From: a virus
Lineage: Duplodnaviria > Caudoviricetes
Strand: one strand, 5' to 3'
IMG/VR virus record: IMGVR_UViG_3300010348_001841
Length of the DNA: 64,000 bases
In this document: piece by piece, positions 10,891-20,209 of the stretch
Layout: each line of letters begins with the position of its first letter
How positions within the stretch are numbered: position 1 is the stretch's first letter
Notes under the pieces: generated by a model
The model's database searches: none
Seen by the model: the letters and a program-made list of their open reading frames with translations, nothing else
Told to the model about the DNA's origin: nothing
Program-made: the position numbers and the translations under genes

Positions 10891-10901
10891 CGGGGCTTTT
10901 T
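10874..10901. terminator. Bidirectional terminator between the HNH gene and the major capsid gene
   Basis: AAAAAAGCCCCG-AATAA-CGGGGCTTTTT. Confidence 0.85.
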
Positions 10902-10931
10902 AGTTTGTACCTTATAGTACCAATCTTTCGA

Positions 10932-12104
10932 TCAGTAAAATTTCAAGGTGGTCGAGTCGATACCAACCTTCGACAAGTAATCCGCTGCGTTACCGAACGA
11001 ATTAGCTGTGTTGGTTAGCTCTAGATAGCCGTAACGTGTCATGAACGAAACGACTGGCTCGAATGTTTGTGGATCCATAACAGGACCAACGCTCATCAAT
11101 GGGATGTATGGGCAGTAGTAAGCTGCGGCGTCAGTTTCTGTAGGTCCCTTGTATCCGATAAGAACTGGATCTGCATCGCTTGCGTATTGGTTAACATAAA
11201 CACGCATTGTGCTGTTCAATGTACCAACAAACTTTGTGTTTGTAGGTGCTTCGAATGTACCTTCTGTTGTACGTGCGAACGAAGATGTTGTTGCAGACTG
11301 AAGAATTGTCAACGCTGTTGGCGAAACAACTGCCCAGTTAGCAGCACCACGACGTGTACGTGCAGCGATAAGGTTAGCTTGCTGGTTGATCATAACTGCT
11401 AGAGCAGCCATTTCGTCACCAACGTATGTAGCTGTACCAGAAACCGCAGCTTGGTTGAATGTTGTCGGAGCAACAGGAACCAACGAACCAAGCTTGAATA
11501 GCATTTCTTGGTCGATTTCAACTGTAATTTCTTGTGCAAGAGCTTGCATGATTTCTGCTTCGATGTCGATACCGTGGATTGCGTTAGCATCTTGAGCAGC
11601 TTCGAAAGTCCAGCGAGCTGACAACTTACGTGTCTTAGCTTCAACTGTTTCCTTCAAAATTTGGATGCTCAACTTGTTACCTGGAACGCCTTCCATACGT
11701 GCTGTTGATGCTGCACCTGGGTCAGCAACAACTTCGTTACCCGAATATGCCTTAGCAATTTCGAATGGACCAAGTGCTTCTGTACCAGCTGTTACACCAG
11801 CGGCTGTGTTAGCGTAGCGAACACGTAGAGTGTGGATCTGTCCTACTGGACCTGTAATAGGCTGAACACCCATGATTTCGTTAGCGATAACTGTAGGCAT
11901 AACACGACGGATTAGGGGTAGCATTACCTTGTTTAGAACTGCAATGTTACCAGCTTGTGTTGCACCTGCTGTTGCCGATTCAGCCAAGTAACGACGTGTA
12001 TTTTCAAATACAACGTCCATCGACTGACGACGTGTGCCTGATAGGCCTTCTAGAAGGGCTTCTTTTGTTGCGCCCCAGTTTGATTCAAATAGCTTAGTTG
12101 CCAT
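10932..12104 (-). CDS. gp23: Major capsid protein (T4 gp23-like)
   Basis: LIRRVMPTVIANEIMGVQP.TGPVGQIHTLR, VEAKTRKLSARWTFEAAQD, YYCPYIPL, FEPVVSFMTRYG. Confidence 0.97.
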   Translation of the reverse strand: MATKLFESNWGATKEALLEGLSGTRRQSMDVVFENTRRYLAESATAGATQAGNIAVLNKVMLPLIRRVMPTVIANEIMGVQPITGPVGQIHTLRVRYANTAAGVTAGTEALGPFEIAKAYSGNEVVADPGAASTARMEGVPGNKLSIQILKETVEAKTRKLSARWTFEAAQDANAIHGIDIEAEIMQALAQEITVEIDQEMLFKLGSLVPVAPTTFNQAAVSGTATYVGDEMAALAVMINQQANLIAARTRRGAANWAVVSPTALTILQSATTSSFARTTEGTFEAPTNTKFVGTLNSTMRVYVNQYASDADPVLIGYKGPTETDAAAYYCPYIPLMSVGPVMDPQTFEPVVSFMTRYGYLELTNTANSFGNAADYLSKVGIDSTTLKFY

Positions 12105-12120
12105 TATAATTTCTCCTAAA

Positions 12121-13236
12121 TTACTTTCTGCCGGCTAGGGCTAAAATTCTTGCGAGATCCAACGATTCTTCTGTATCGCTGGGTTGAGCGACCTCCGCTC
12201 TGTTACCTGTTTTTGCAGACAATGTAGCTTCGTTCAACTGAGCCTTTGCAGGTGCAGGTTTACGGTCTGTAGCTTCATTTAGAACGCTTGGTAGATACTT
12301 GTTGTATGCACCTTGCAGATTCTTTGTCTGAACTGATTCAAGTAATTCTTTCATAACCCCCTGCTTGTCCTTCGACAATGGTGCAAGAAGTTCATTCATA
12401 ACCTTTTGTCTTTCGAGAAGGTCTTGGGATGTCTTGATTTTTGCATCCATTGATTCAACGATTCTCTGGCTCTTCTGGACTGTTTCCTTTAGGGCCTTCA
12501 TTTCTTGATCCTTGGACTCAAGCATCTTCTGCATCTTCTTGATTTCTGTACCTTCATTTAGGTACGAAGTCATGAATTCAGCTGCAACGCTTTCAAAAAT
12601 CTTACGACCAAAATCGTTTTCACGGGCGATACGAATATCTTCCTTGAACTGTGTGATTTCGGAACGCAGAGTCTTCTCAATGTTAGACTCGATAATCTTA
12701 GCGGCGCGCTTTACAAATTGTGCCTTTGTTTCTTGTAGCTTTGCCTTTCCTTCTGCAACCATCTTAACCTTCTGCTCAACAAGAGACTTCTTGTCTGCGC
12801 GGAATTCGCGGATTTCTTCCGCTAGCTGCTTCAATAGGAAATTCTCAAGCTTAGAGAAGTTTTCCTTCATAGCCTTCTTCTCGGCATGGAATTCTTTCAT
12901 CTCTTTTGCTACTGCTTCTGTAATGAACTTGTTTAGAAGTCCTGTGTGTTCAGTTAGCTTGCTCTTGTAGGCAATGCGTTCTGCGACAAGTTGTCTCTTG
13001 TCTTCGGCGAATTCTTCGAGTTCAGCGCGGACTTTTTCTGTTAGAAAACGGTCCATTGATTCTACTAAGGTGCCTTTATCGTGTTCGAATTTACGTGCAA
13101 ATTCCTCGCGGAGTGTTGCAGCTACTTCTTCACGTGCTTCAGCAATCTTAGCTTCCCAAAGACCAACAATCTGGCCCCTAGTCTCTTCGGACAGTCCAAT
13201 GCTTTCACTCAAGATCTCATCAATTTTCTTTGCCAT
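12121..13236 (-). CDS. gp22: Prohead core scaffold protein (gp22-like)
   Basis: Long Glu/Lys coiled coil located between the protease and the major capsid gene. Confidence 0.85.
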   Translation of the reverse strand: MAKKIDEILSESIGLSEETRGQIVGLWEAKIAEAREEVAATLREEFARKFEHDKGTLVESMDRFLTEKVRAELEEFAEDKRQLVAERIAYKSKLTEHTGLLNKFITEAVAKEMKEFHAEKKAMKENFSKLENFLLKQLAEEIREFRADKKSLVEQKVKMVAEGKAKLQETKAQFVKRAAKIIESNIEKTLRSEITQFKEDIRIARENDFGRKIFESVAAEFMTSYLNEGTEIKKMQKMLESKDQEMKALKETVQKSQRIVESMDAKIKTSQDLLERQKVMNELLAPLSKDKQGVMKELLESVQTKNLQGAYNKYLPSVLNEATDRKPAPAKAQLNEATLSAKTGNRAEVAQPSDTEESLDLARILALAGRK

Positions 13237-13248
13237 CTTGAGTTCTCC

Positions 13249-13893
13249 TTAAATTTTCAACTCGTTGATCAACTTCTGAACGTCTTTAAACAACTGTTTC
13301 TGGGCTGAAGCTTCGTACAGGGCACTTTTTGCAGTATCCATGACTCGGGCTCCACCCTTCATGTTGTATAGACTTTCATAGATTGTCCTAGGAAACGCAT
13401 TAGGAGCACTTGGTTGCGCAACAATGTCAACAGTCACGATTTCAAACTCTGAAACACGACCGCCGTCATCAACGTTTCCAGAACCACGGGATGAAACACC
13501 CAACTTTGCGCCCGACATCAACATTGTCTTTACAATGCTACCCATCGGAGTTGGAATAATTTTCAACTTACCGTATCCGTCTGCACCTTCCATCCACATT
13601 TCTGTGATGAGGTGGCTAACGCGGTCAAGATTGATAGAAAGCTCTTCCGGGTGGTCAAGCTCTCCCATAACACTCTGTCCCGCTGCTAATTTTTCAGTAA
13701 TGGAATTTACAGCCCTAGCAATTTCACGAACTGGATAAACACGTTGGTTCTGGTTTCTTACGTCACCCTGAATAAAGATCCCCTTCATGCAGAGATCTTT
13801 ACCACCTGTCATCTTGTTATCTTCTTCGAAGAGCGTTGCATGAGCTCTGTCGAATGCGACAAATTCGTAAAGTTTATTTGACATGGCTATCAT
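13249..13893 (-). CDS. gp21: Prohead protease (gp21-like)
   Basis: GIFIQG..RNQNQRVYP, GELDHP, INLDRVSH, LGVSSRGSG, DIVAQPSAPNA. Confidence 0.95.
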   Translation of the reverse strand: MIAMSNKLYEFVAFDRAHATLFEEDNKMTGGKDLCMKGIFIQGDVRNQNQRVYPVREIARAVNSITEKLAAGQSVMGELDHPEELSINLDRVSHLITEMWMEGADGYGKLKIIPTPMGSIVKTMLMSGAKLGVSSRGSGNVDDGGRVSEFEIVTVDIVAQPSAPNAFPRTIYESLYNMKGGARVMDTAKSALYEASAQKQLFKDVQKLINELKI

Positions 13894-13901
13894 TTAAATC
13901 C

Positions 13902-14867
13902 TTACGCTGGCTTCTTGGTAAGTGGTGACTTTGTGAAGCCCTCACCGGATGCCTTGCCGCCTGTCCACTTTGCAGTAGTATCGGCCTTAACACCAGATGT
14001 CTTTGGCTTTACATTTACGTTGTCAGTAGGAGTGTCGTCCTTAGCTGAATCACCGTTGTACTTTCCATACTCACCGCCGGTTGCCTTGCTTCCCAATAGA
14101 TTGTCTGGCTTTCCACCGTAGTCCTTCTTAGAAGGAGCTCTTGTGAATACTGACTTATCTTGTTCTGCACCAAGTGGAGTATCCTTACCAGTACCAACTA
14201 GACCTGCCTTACCCTTCTGACCGGTATCGCCTGTCTTGTTCAAGAACTTAGTTTCTTCATCCATCTTAGCCTTCTTGTCCATTTCTCCCTTCTTCTTCTC
14301 AGGAGCCTTGTCAAGCTTGCCGTCTTTCTTCTTCTCGTGCATTACTGCTACAACTTCACCGACAACTTGTTCGGTTCCGTCCATTGCAGGACCAGCTTCG
14401 GCGTCCATGCCGTCATCGCCAAAATCAGCAGCTAGATCAGCATGCTGTGGCTCTTGCATTTCTTCGCCCATTAGTGCATCAAATTCTGCACGAAGTTCAG
14501 CTAGTTGAGCTTCGAGGTCGTCGATGCGTTCTTCTGTACCTTCTTCACCAGAAGCAACTTCGTCGCCTACTTCATCTTCTGCTTCAGCGTCGTCGTCTTC
14601 GGCTTCGCCGTCGGCTTCTTCATCTGAGGCAATTTCTTCTTTGTCTGTTGCGATTTCGTCTGTGAAATCTTTATTTGGTTCTCCGCCAACTTCGTCGGAT
14701 TCGTCGATCTTTTCATCATCAGTCTCGTCGACTTCTTCGTCAACGATACCTTCATAAATGACACGAGCTTTTTCAACGATAATTTGATGGAGAAGTTCAG
14801 CAGCTTGGTCTGACTCTTCCGATAGAAGTAAGTCCAGAACCTGTTCAAGCTTTTGTTGTTGTGACAT
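13902..14867 (-). CDS. Acidic prohead core/internal protein (gp67/68 position)
   Basis: Very D/E-rich N-half and K/G/T-rich C-half; syntenic position between portal and protease. Confidence 0.6.
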   Translation of the reverse strand: MSQQQKLEQVLDLLLSEESDQAAELLHQIIVEKARVIYEGIVDEEVDETDDEKIDESDEVGGEPNKDFTDEIATDKEEIASDEEADGEAEDDDAEAEDEVGDEVASGEEGTEERIDDLEAQLAELRAEFDALMGEEMQEPQHADLAADFGDDGMDAEAGPAMDGTEQVVGEVVAVMHEKKKDGKLDKAPEKKKGEMDKKAKMDEETKFLNKTGDTGQKGKAGLVGTGKDTPLGAEQDKSVFTRAPSKKDYGGKPDNLLGSKATGGEYGKYNGDSAKDDTPTDNVNVKPKTSGVKADTTAKWTGGKASGEGFTKSPLTKKPA

Positions 14868-15038
14868 GCCAATCTCCTTGATTAGTATAAAGTTCCAAAA
14901 TCCATGATTTCATGGTATTCTAGGTATTTAACTCGGAGACGGTTTATATAGGGGGAAATGGCCATAAAAGAGGCCATTTTTGAGTTTTGGGAAAGGCAGC
15001 TTTATTTAGTCTCGGTCAGGTCGAGATAAAAAACCGCT

Positions 15039-15257
15039 TTATAGGCCACCTTGATCTGGCGGCGGAACCTGACCATACATGTCTGGCAAGAAATTTAAAT
15101 GTTGAGCTTTTTCATACTTTTCGGCATCGCGTGCCTTCCTCAACTTCTGAAGGTGGGTCATAGTTAGGCGAGGACGACGAGTATCATCCATTCTAGCTAT
15201 GCCCAACTGGTCATCAGCTGGGTCATAAAATTCAACAAGTAAGTCTTTTGCTTTCAT
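15039..15257 (-). CDS. Small head-module protein
   Basis: 72 aa with DTRRPRLT..LQKLRK..MYG; late promoter AATAAATA at 15263-15270 lies 5 nt before the ATG. Confidence 0.7.
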   Translation of the reverse strand: MKAKDLLVEFYDPADDQLGIARMDDTRRPRLTMTHLQKLRKARDAEKYEKAQHLNFLPDMYGQVPPPDQGGL

Positions 15258-15268
15258 GTATGTATTTA

Positions 15269-16978
15269 TTATTGTTGACCAAAATTATCAATTTCGGAAT
15301 CAGAAACACCCGGACCGCCATCGCTTGCAGGCATTTCTTCTTCAGCATCAGGCACCATTCCTTCAATGCCCGAACTTGTGATACCCACATCAGAAAGTCC
15401 TGCTGCTGGGCTGCTACCCGAGGTTTCTGGCGCAAAGGTCTTAGTAAGTCTGCTACGCTCTTCTTTCCACATGCGCTCGTTTTTCTCTAATTGAGCTTCG
15501 GTCCAACCTAAATATTCTGTAAGAATGTATCTCTTAGATACAAACGGAACGTCGAGCAATGCAGTGAAAGTGTTAATTCTTGCAGAGTCTAGTTCTAGCT
15601 TTCTATAATCTGAGAAAGATTGTGCTGGAGTAAATTTCAGGTTAAAGAGACTATTGTCAATTGTAATTCCACGACGCTTTAAGAAAAGCTTAAATTCTTC
15701 GTCAAGCGGTTCTACAACCTTATCTTGGTATCTTGTCACAACCTTTGAAAAACGATATTCCTGCATGTATGCAGTGCCAAGTCTACCATCGTTTACTGTG
15801 GCTGTTCCATCCTCAGGGCCGGTCGGCAAATAAGAACTCGGTACACCGAGGGCACGAAGCATCTTATTATTGAAATAGCGTAGATCGTCGATGTCTCCAA
15901 GATTTTCACCACCCGGAAGAACTTCAACCTTAGATCCACGCCCCTCGCTTGTTACAGCAAAGAAATAATCTTCAAGAATTGACATAGGATTATATGTCGA
16001 ATCAACAATGTTTGCGCCACCACCGGTTCTGCTTGGAATACGTTTTTGTTGAACTTCATAACGAATACGTTCAAGGTACTGTTGAGCCTTGTTAGGAGGC
16101 ATTGTACCGACGTCGATAAAGAAAACACGGCGTTCCGGAGCACGGTGTACACGATAAATCAAAATAGAATCTTCAAGCAATTCTTTTTGTTTGTAAACCT
16201 TGTAAATCTGTTCAAGGATACTCAAGCCAAATGGCCAAGCAGCATTCATTCCATCTGTAAGGGAAAGATGAACAATGTGTTCAGCATCGACTGCCATTGC
16301 TCCACCATCTTGATAGTTTGCTGTTCCTGCACCACCATAACCACCGGAAACATAATTCATATTTCCTTGCATAGGTGGAGAAAATACAATGCTGTTAGAA
16401 CCAAATGCTTCGTTTGAAAGCTTGTTCAACTGGTTAGTTGCAACAAGGCTTTTCATGTTTAGATCAACATCCTTGATAAAATAACTTTCAATTTTTTTAC
16501 CGTCGGACTCATTGACAATAACTTTTTCAACCTTAGCCGGATCTATCCAGTAAAGTTCAAAAGTTTGCGGATCTCTTAGGAAAAACTGGTCTCCGTAAAC
16601 CAATGTAGACCTAAACATTCCCCACAAACGCTTTGTTAGTTTGTTTAGTCTAATCCATTGCCCTAAAGATTTTTCAAGAATCTGAATTTCTGATGGTGTA
16701 GGTTCGTCGTTATATTCAATAACAAGTGGTAACTTTGTTGTTTCGTCTAATTCGGTACCAAAGTCAGCAATTGTATCAAGGGCAGCGTGAATTTCATGAT
16801 CAAAATTCATTTGATCATAAACTGCATATCGCTGTAATCTGTCGGGTGGGCCGGAATACACCTCCGGTAGCCAGTTGCTATATTTTGCAATAGATGCATA
16901 GGCAGATGTACTATCCACCACTCTCTGTTGCACTGGTAGAACCGAATTTACCGGCTTGAAGAATTTTTTCCAGCTCAT
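15269..16978 (-). CDS. gp20: Portal vertex protein (gp20-like)
   Basis: LEDSILIYRVHRAPERRVFFIDVG.MP..KAQQY, LEDYFF, GRGSKVEVLPGGENLGDIDDLRYF..K..RALGVP.S. Confidence 0.97.
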   Translation of the reverse strand: MSWKKFFKPVNSVLPVQQRVVDSTSAYASIAKYSNWLPEVYSGPPDRLQRYAVYDQMNFDHEIHAALDTIADFGTELDETTKLPLVIEYNDEPTPSEIQILEKSLGQWIRLNKLTKRLWGMFRSTLVYGDQFFLRDPQTFELYWIDPAKVEKVIVNESDGKKIESYFIKDVDLNMKSLVATNQLNKLSNEAFGSNSIVFSPPMQGNMNYVSGGYGGAGTANYQDGGAMAVDAEHIVHLSLTDGMNAAWPFGLSILEQIYKVYKQKELLEDSILIYRVHRAPERRVFFIDVGTMPPNKAQQYLERIRYEVQQKRIPSRTGGGANIVDSTYNPMSILEDYFFAVTSEGRGSKVEVLPGGENLGDIDDLRYFNNKMLRALGVPSSYLPTGPEDGTATVNDGRLGTAYMQEYRFSKVVTRYQDKVVEPLDEEFKLFLKRRGITIDNSLFNLKFTPAQSFSDYRKLELDSARINTFTALLDVPFVSKRYILTEYLGWTEAQLEKNERMWKEERSRLTKTFAPETSGSSPAAGLSDVGITSSGIEGMVPDAEEEMPASDGGPGVSDSEIDNFGQQ

Positions 16979-19047
16979 GTTTGATTTCTTGTATATTTTA
17001 GAATGTCACTATTGACAGATACTAATTTGTTGGTTGCAAGTAAAAGTTGCTCTGTGAGAGCATTCTGAAACGCTAACATGCTATTTATGTCAGAGTTCTT
17101 AGGTGGTTTCTCTATTCCGGGACCTACAGGGGTCGATGGTGTTTCGGCTACTCCTGCCGATGTATCAGCTTGTTGTGCAGGTGTAGCTGGTACAGCAGAT
17201 GGACTGTTTATAGTCGTCTGAGCTGGAGATTTAGGTACAGAAATTTTAGTAGAGCCAGTGATTTCTGCATCGGGAAAAAGTTTTTCTTTTAGACTATATA
17301 GAGCTGTTCCTAAAGTTTCACCCTTAGTACCTGTTATAGATTCCATAAGTTCATTTATTTTAGGATTTATAATTTTGTCACCAAACTCAAACCCTGCGAC
17401 ACCCGACGCTGCAAAACCCCCAGCAACACCGAGGAATCTAAGCAGACCACCCAAAGATGGTAAAATTCTACCAAACGCACCAGCTGTATTTGAAACAATA
17501 CCCGCTAGTTTTGTGCCGGCGTTACCGAATAAACTTGTAAACGTAGAAATGCCCTTTATTGCACCTAATAAAGTCGCACCAAATCCCGTAATTATTAGAC
17601 CTGTACCGATCCAACTTCTTGTTGATCCCGATATGTTTTCGACACCAAATTTTACAGCACTATTGAAAGCTTCAATAGAAGTTGTTACTGCATTCAATTG
17701 TGCTTCGAGCGGATAAAATACTTTCTGTGTTGTGGCGGCAGCACTTTCCATTGCTGATTGCAATTTTGCAATAGAAGCCTGCGATTTGATTGCCGCATCG
17801 GTTTGCTCAGACGTTGCTTGAGATACAGGGCGACTTGCCTGATATAATTCATTTATAAGTTCAAGCGATTTACCAGCACTTGCATTACCTGCCTGAGCCT
17901 GTAATCTTAGAACCTTTAGTTGCTGATCAGATACGTTTTGCATAATCTGATCTAACTGTTTTCTTGCTTCAACTGGATCAAGCTCAGGCAGTTTTCTTGA
18001 AAAATTCAAGAGTTGATTACCAAATGTTCCTAAACCAGATTTTGCCAAATCTTGAAATGTTGAGTTCAATGCAGGCACTGTGTCAGATGCCATTGCTGTA
18101 AATTGTCTTCCAAGATCTTGATTTTTGAATGCACTTGCAAATGCGGTTAGACGTTCGGCGCCTTCTTTTCCGTATTTTGCTGCCACAATTGCAATATCTG
18201 TACTAGAAGAAATTGCTTTATTGTTGGCTAATAGTTGTTCCCTTGACATACCTACAGTCAAAGAAAGCTTTGTCATCATTGTGCCGAATCTTAGTGCATC
18301 ATCAGCAAGTTCTTTTTCTGAACGCCTTCTAAGATCACTGTATCCTTGTGCAGACTCTGTATACGCACCGAGTAACTCTGCAGATTGCTTAGATGAATAT
18401 CCTACCTCAGCAAGATTTTTTTGCGCCATTCCAAGAGATTTTGCAAATTTTGTAAATCCTACCGCATTTATACTACCTGAATACTTTTGCGCAACCTCTT
18501 GAAGATTTTCTAATCTAATACCGGTTAGATTTACGACCTGGTTCAAGGATTCCATGCTCTCGCGAGTAGAGTTGTTTCCAGAAAGTAAATTTACACCAGA
18601 TTGAAATAATTCATCAGAAGTTTTGATATATTGTTTGTCAACCTCTAATACGTGCTGACCTATCTTAGCAAGACCGCCAAGAACATATAAAACTTTTTCA
18701 GTGACACCCTGAAGCTTTTTACCTCTTACAAGACTTTTTTCATCTTCTTTATCGATGTCTTTTCTTTTCTTTCCTCTTTTTGTTTCTTCTTCGTTTGTCT
18801 TTGCAATTGTTCTAAACAACTTATCAAGAGCATCTTGATTTTTCTTTTGACTACCTGTACCTTTACCTGCATTTCCAAAGTCATCAATTGCATCAAGCAT
18901 TTCTTTTTGCAATTCAACACTCTTGGTAAGCAATTTAGCTATTTGTGCGGCGGTTTTCTGAGTAGCCCATGGCGGAATACCGTCAAGTGCATCCTTGAGT
19001 GCTCCGGATTCTGCCCCGGTAATATGTACTTGATTGATATCAGCCAT
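16975..19047 (-). CDS. Probable tape-measure/baseplate-hub (gp29-like) protein
   Basis: 690-aa Ala/Gly/Leu-rich helical protein with a hydrophobic Gly-rich segment; divergent from gp26. Confidence 0.6.
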   Translation of the reverse strand: MADINQVHITGAESGALKDALDGIPPWATQKTAAQIAKLLTKSVELQKEMLDAIDDFGNAGKGTGSQKKNQDALDKLFRTIAKTNEEETKRGKKRKDIDKEDEKSLVRGKKLQGVTEKVLYVLGGLAKIGQHVLEVDKQYIKTSDELFQSGVNLLSGNNSTRESMESLNQVVNLTGIRLENLQEVAQKYSGSINAVGFTKFAKSLGMAQKNLAEVGYSSKQSAELLGAYTESAQGYSDLRRRSEKELADDALRFGTMMTKLSLTVGMSREQLLANNKAISSSTDIAIVAAKYGKEGAERLTAFASAFKNQDLGRQFTAMASDTVPALNSTFQDLAKSGLGTFGNQLLNFSRKLPELDPVEARKQLDQIMQNVSDQQLKVLRLQAQAGNASAGKSLELINELYQASRPVSQATSEQTDAAIKSQASIAKLQSAMESAAATTQKVFYPLEAQLNAVTTSIEAFNSAVKFGVENISGSTRSWIGTGLIITGFGATLLGAIKGISTFTSLFGNAGTKLAGIVSNTAGAFGRILPSLGGLLRFLGVAGGFAASGVAGFEFGDKIINPKINELMESITGTKGETLGTALYSLKEKLFPDAEITGSTKISVPKSPAQTTINSPSAVPATPAQQADTSAGVAETPSTPVGPGIEKPPKNSDINSMLAFQNALTEQLLLATNKLVSVNSDILKYTRNQT

Positions 19048-19069
19048 AAATTTCTTGATTATGTCCCGT

Positions 19070-19104
19070 GATAAATAAAAGAAACAATAGTATGACTATT
19101 TATC
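19070..19104. promoter_or_regulatory. Pair of oppositely oriented late promoters
   Basis: GATAAATA at 19070-19077 (+) and TATTTATC at 19097-19104 (-). Confidence 0.7.
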
Positions 19105-19126
19105 AAAATATTTTCAGAGGTAATCC

Positions 19127-19972
19127 ATGGAACAAAATTTACAGCAAAATCCACTGAAGCAATATTTCAGAGCGTTCAAAATTTGGATGAGATTGCCAAG
19201 CGGTACATCATATTACCCGGAAGGTTCAATTGCATTCTCTGAAAAAGGCGAAATTGGCATTATGCAGATGACTGGTAAAGACGAACTTATCTTGCAGAAT
19301 CCTGATGCATTGCTAAACGGAGAATCACTAATCGAGGTTATTCAAAGTTGTGTACCTGCAGTAAAAAATCCAAGAATACTTCTAAGTAACGACATTGATG
19401 CATTGATTACTGCTATTAGATATTGCACATACAACGATAGTCTTGAAACAAACTTAATCTGTCCTTCTTGTGGCACCGAAAATACCTTCAAACTCAATTT
19501 GCAACATGCTCTCGATCATATGGAATATTTAGAGCCAGAATATGTTGTAAATCTCGACACCGGTGTTAGTGTTTTTGTAAGACCTTATGCATTTCCAGAA
19601 ATTCTCGAAGGACTTCAGGTAAGATTCGAGCAGACAAAAATTACAAGAGCAATGGAAAGCTCAAATATGTCAGACTCACAGAAGTCAGCAATATTCAACA
19701 CCACCTTCAAGAAGATTGCCGAGACTACGTTCAACCTAATGGCGAACTCTGTTATAAAAGTTGTCGATGAATCAAGAAATATAAATGTTACCGACAAGAA
19801 ATTTATCAAAGAATTTCTTTATAACATTGATAAAGGCAGTGTTGATAAAATTAGTGATCTAATCAAAGAAATCAACGACATTGGAATAAAGAGAACATTC
19901 ACAGCCAAATGTACAAAATGTGAGCATGAATGGGAAAGTGAAATTGACTTCAATCCGGTAAATTTTTCGTAA
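19127..19972 (+). CDS. gp26: Baseplate hub assembly protein (gp26-like)
   Basis: NPLKQYFR..LPSG, MTGKDELIL..PDALLNG, DIDALITAIR, two CxxC pairs, ends FNPVNFS. Confidence 0.85.
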   Translation: MEQNLQQNPLKQYFRAFKIWMRLPSGTSYYPEGSIAFSEKGEIGIMQMTGKDELILQNPDALLNGESLIEVIQSCVPAVKNPRILLSNDIDALITAIRYCTYNDSLETNLICPSCGTENTFKLNLQHALDHMEYLEPEYVVNLDTGVSVFVRPYAFPEILEGLQVRFEQTKITRAMESSNMSDSQKSAIFNTTFKKIAETTFNLMANSVIKVVDESRNINVTDKKFIKEFLYNIDKGSVDKISDLIKEINDIGIKRTFTAKCTKCEHEWESEIDFNPVNFS

Positions 19973-20199
19973 GGTCGCTAATCACGCTGCCTCCCGAAGA
20001 GTTAGCCGACCTAATTGACAAATACGGGAAAGACTCTCAAGCCCTAAAAAAGCAGATTGCAGAAATTTGTCTATATATGGAAGGCGGAGTCGAATGGAAT
20101 ACAGCCTGGGGTCTAAGTTACGAAGATAGAGAAATTTTAGTAAAGGTAATCAACGCTAAACTAAAAGCTGAGAACCCTGGCGCTAAGGAATATATGTAA
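19966..20199 (+). CDS. gp51-like baseplate assembly chaperone frame, probably expressed by -1 frameshift from gp26
   Basis: 77 open codons (FVRSLITLPPEE...YMEGGVEWNTAWGLSYEDREILVKVIN...) in the -1 frame right after the slippery site A AAT TTT (19960-19966); no ATG/GTG/TTG at its 5' end. Confidence 0.7.
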   Translation, partial: FVRSLITLPPEELADLIDKYGKDSQALKKQIAEICLYMEGGVEWNTAWGLSYEDREILVKVINAKLKAENPGAKEYM

Positions 20200-20209
20200 G
20201 AGGTAGATT

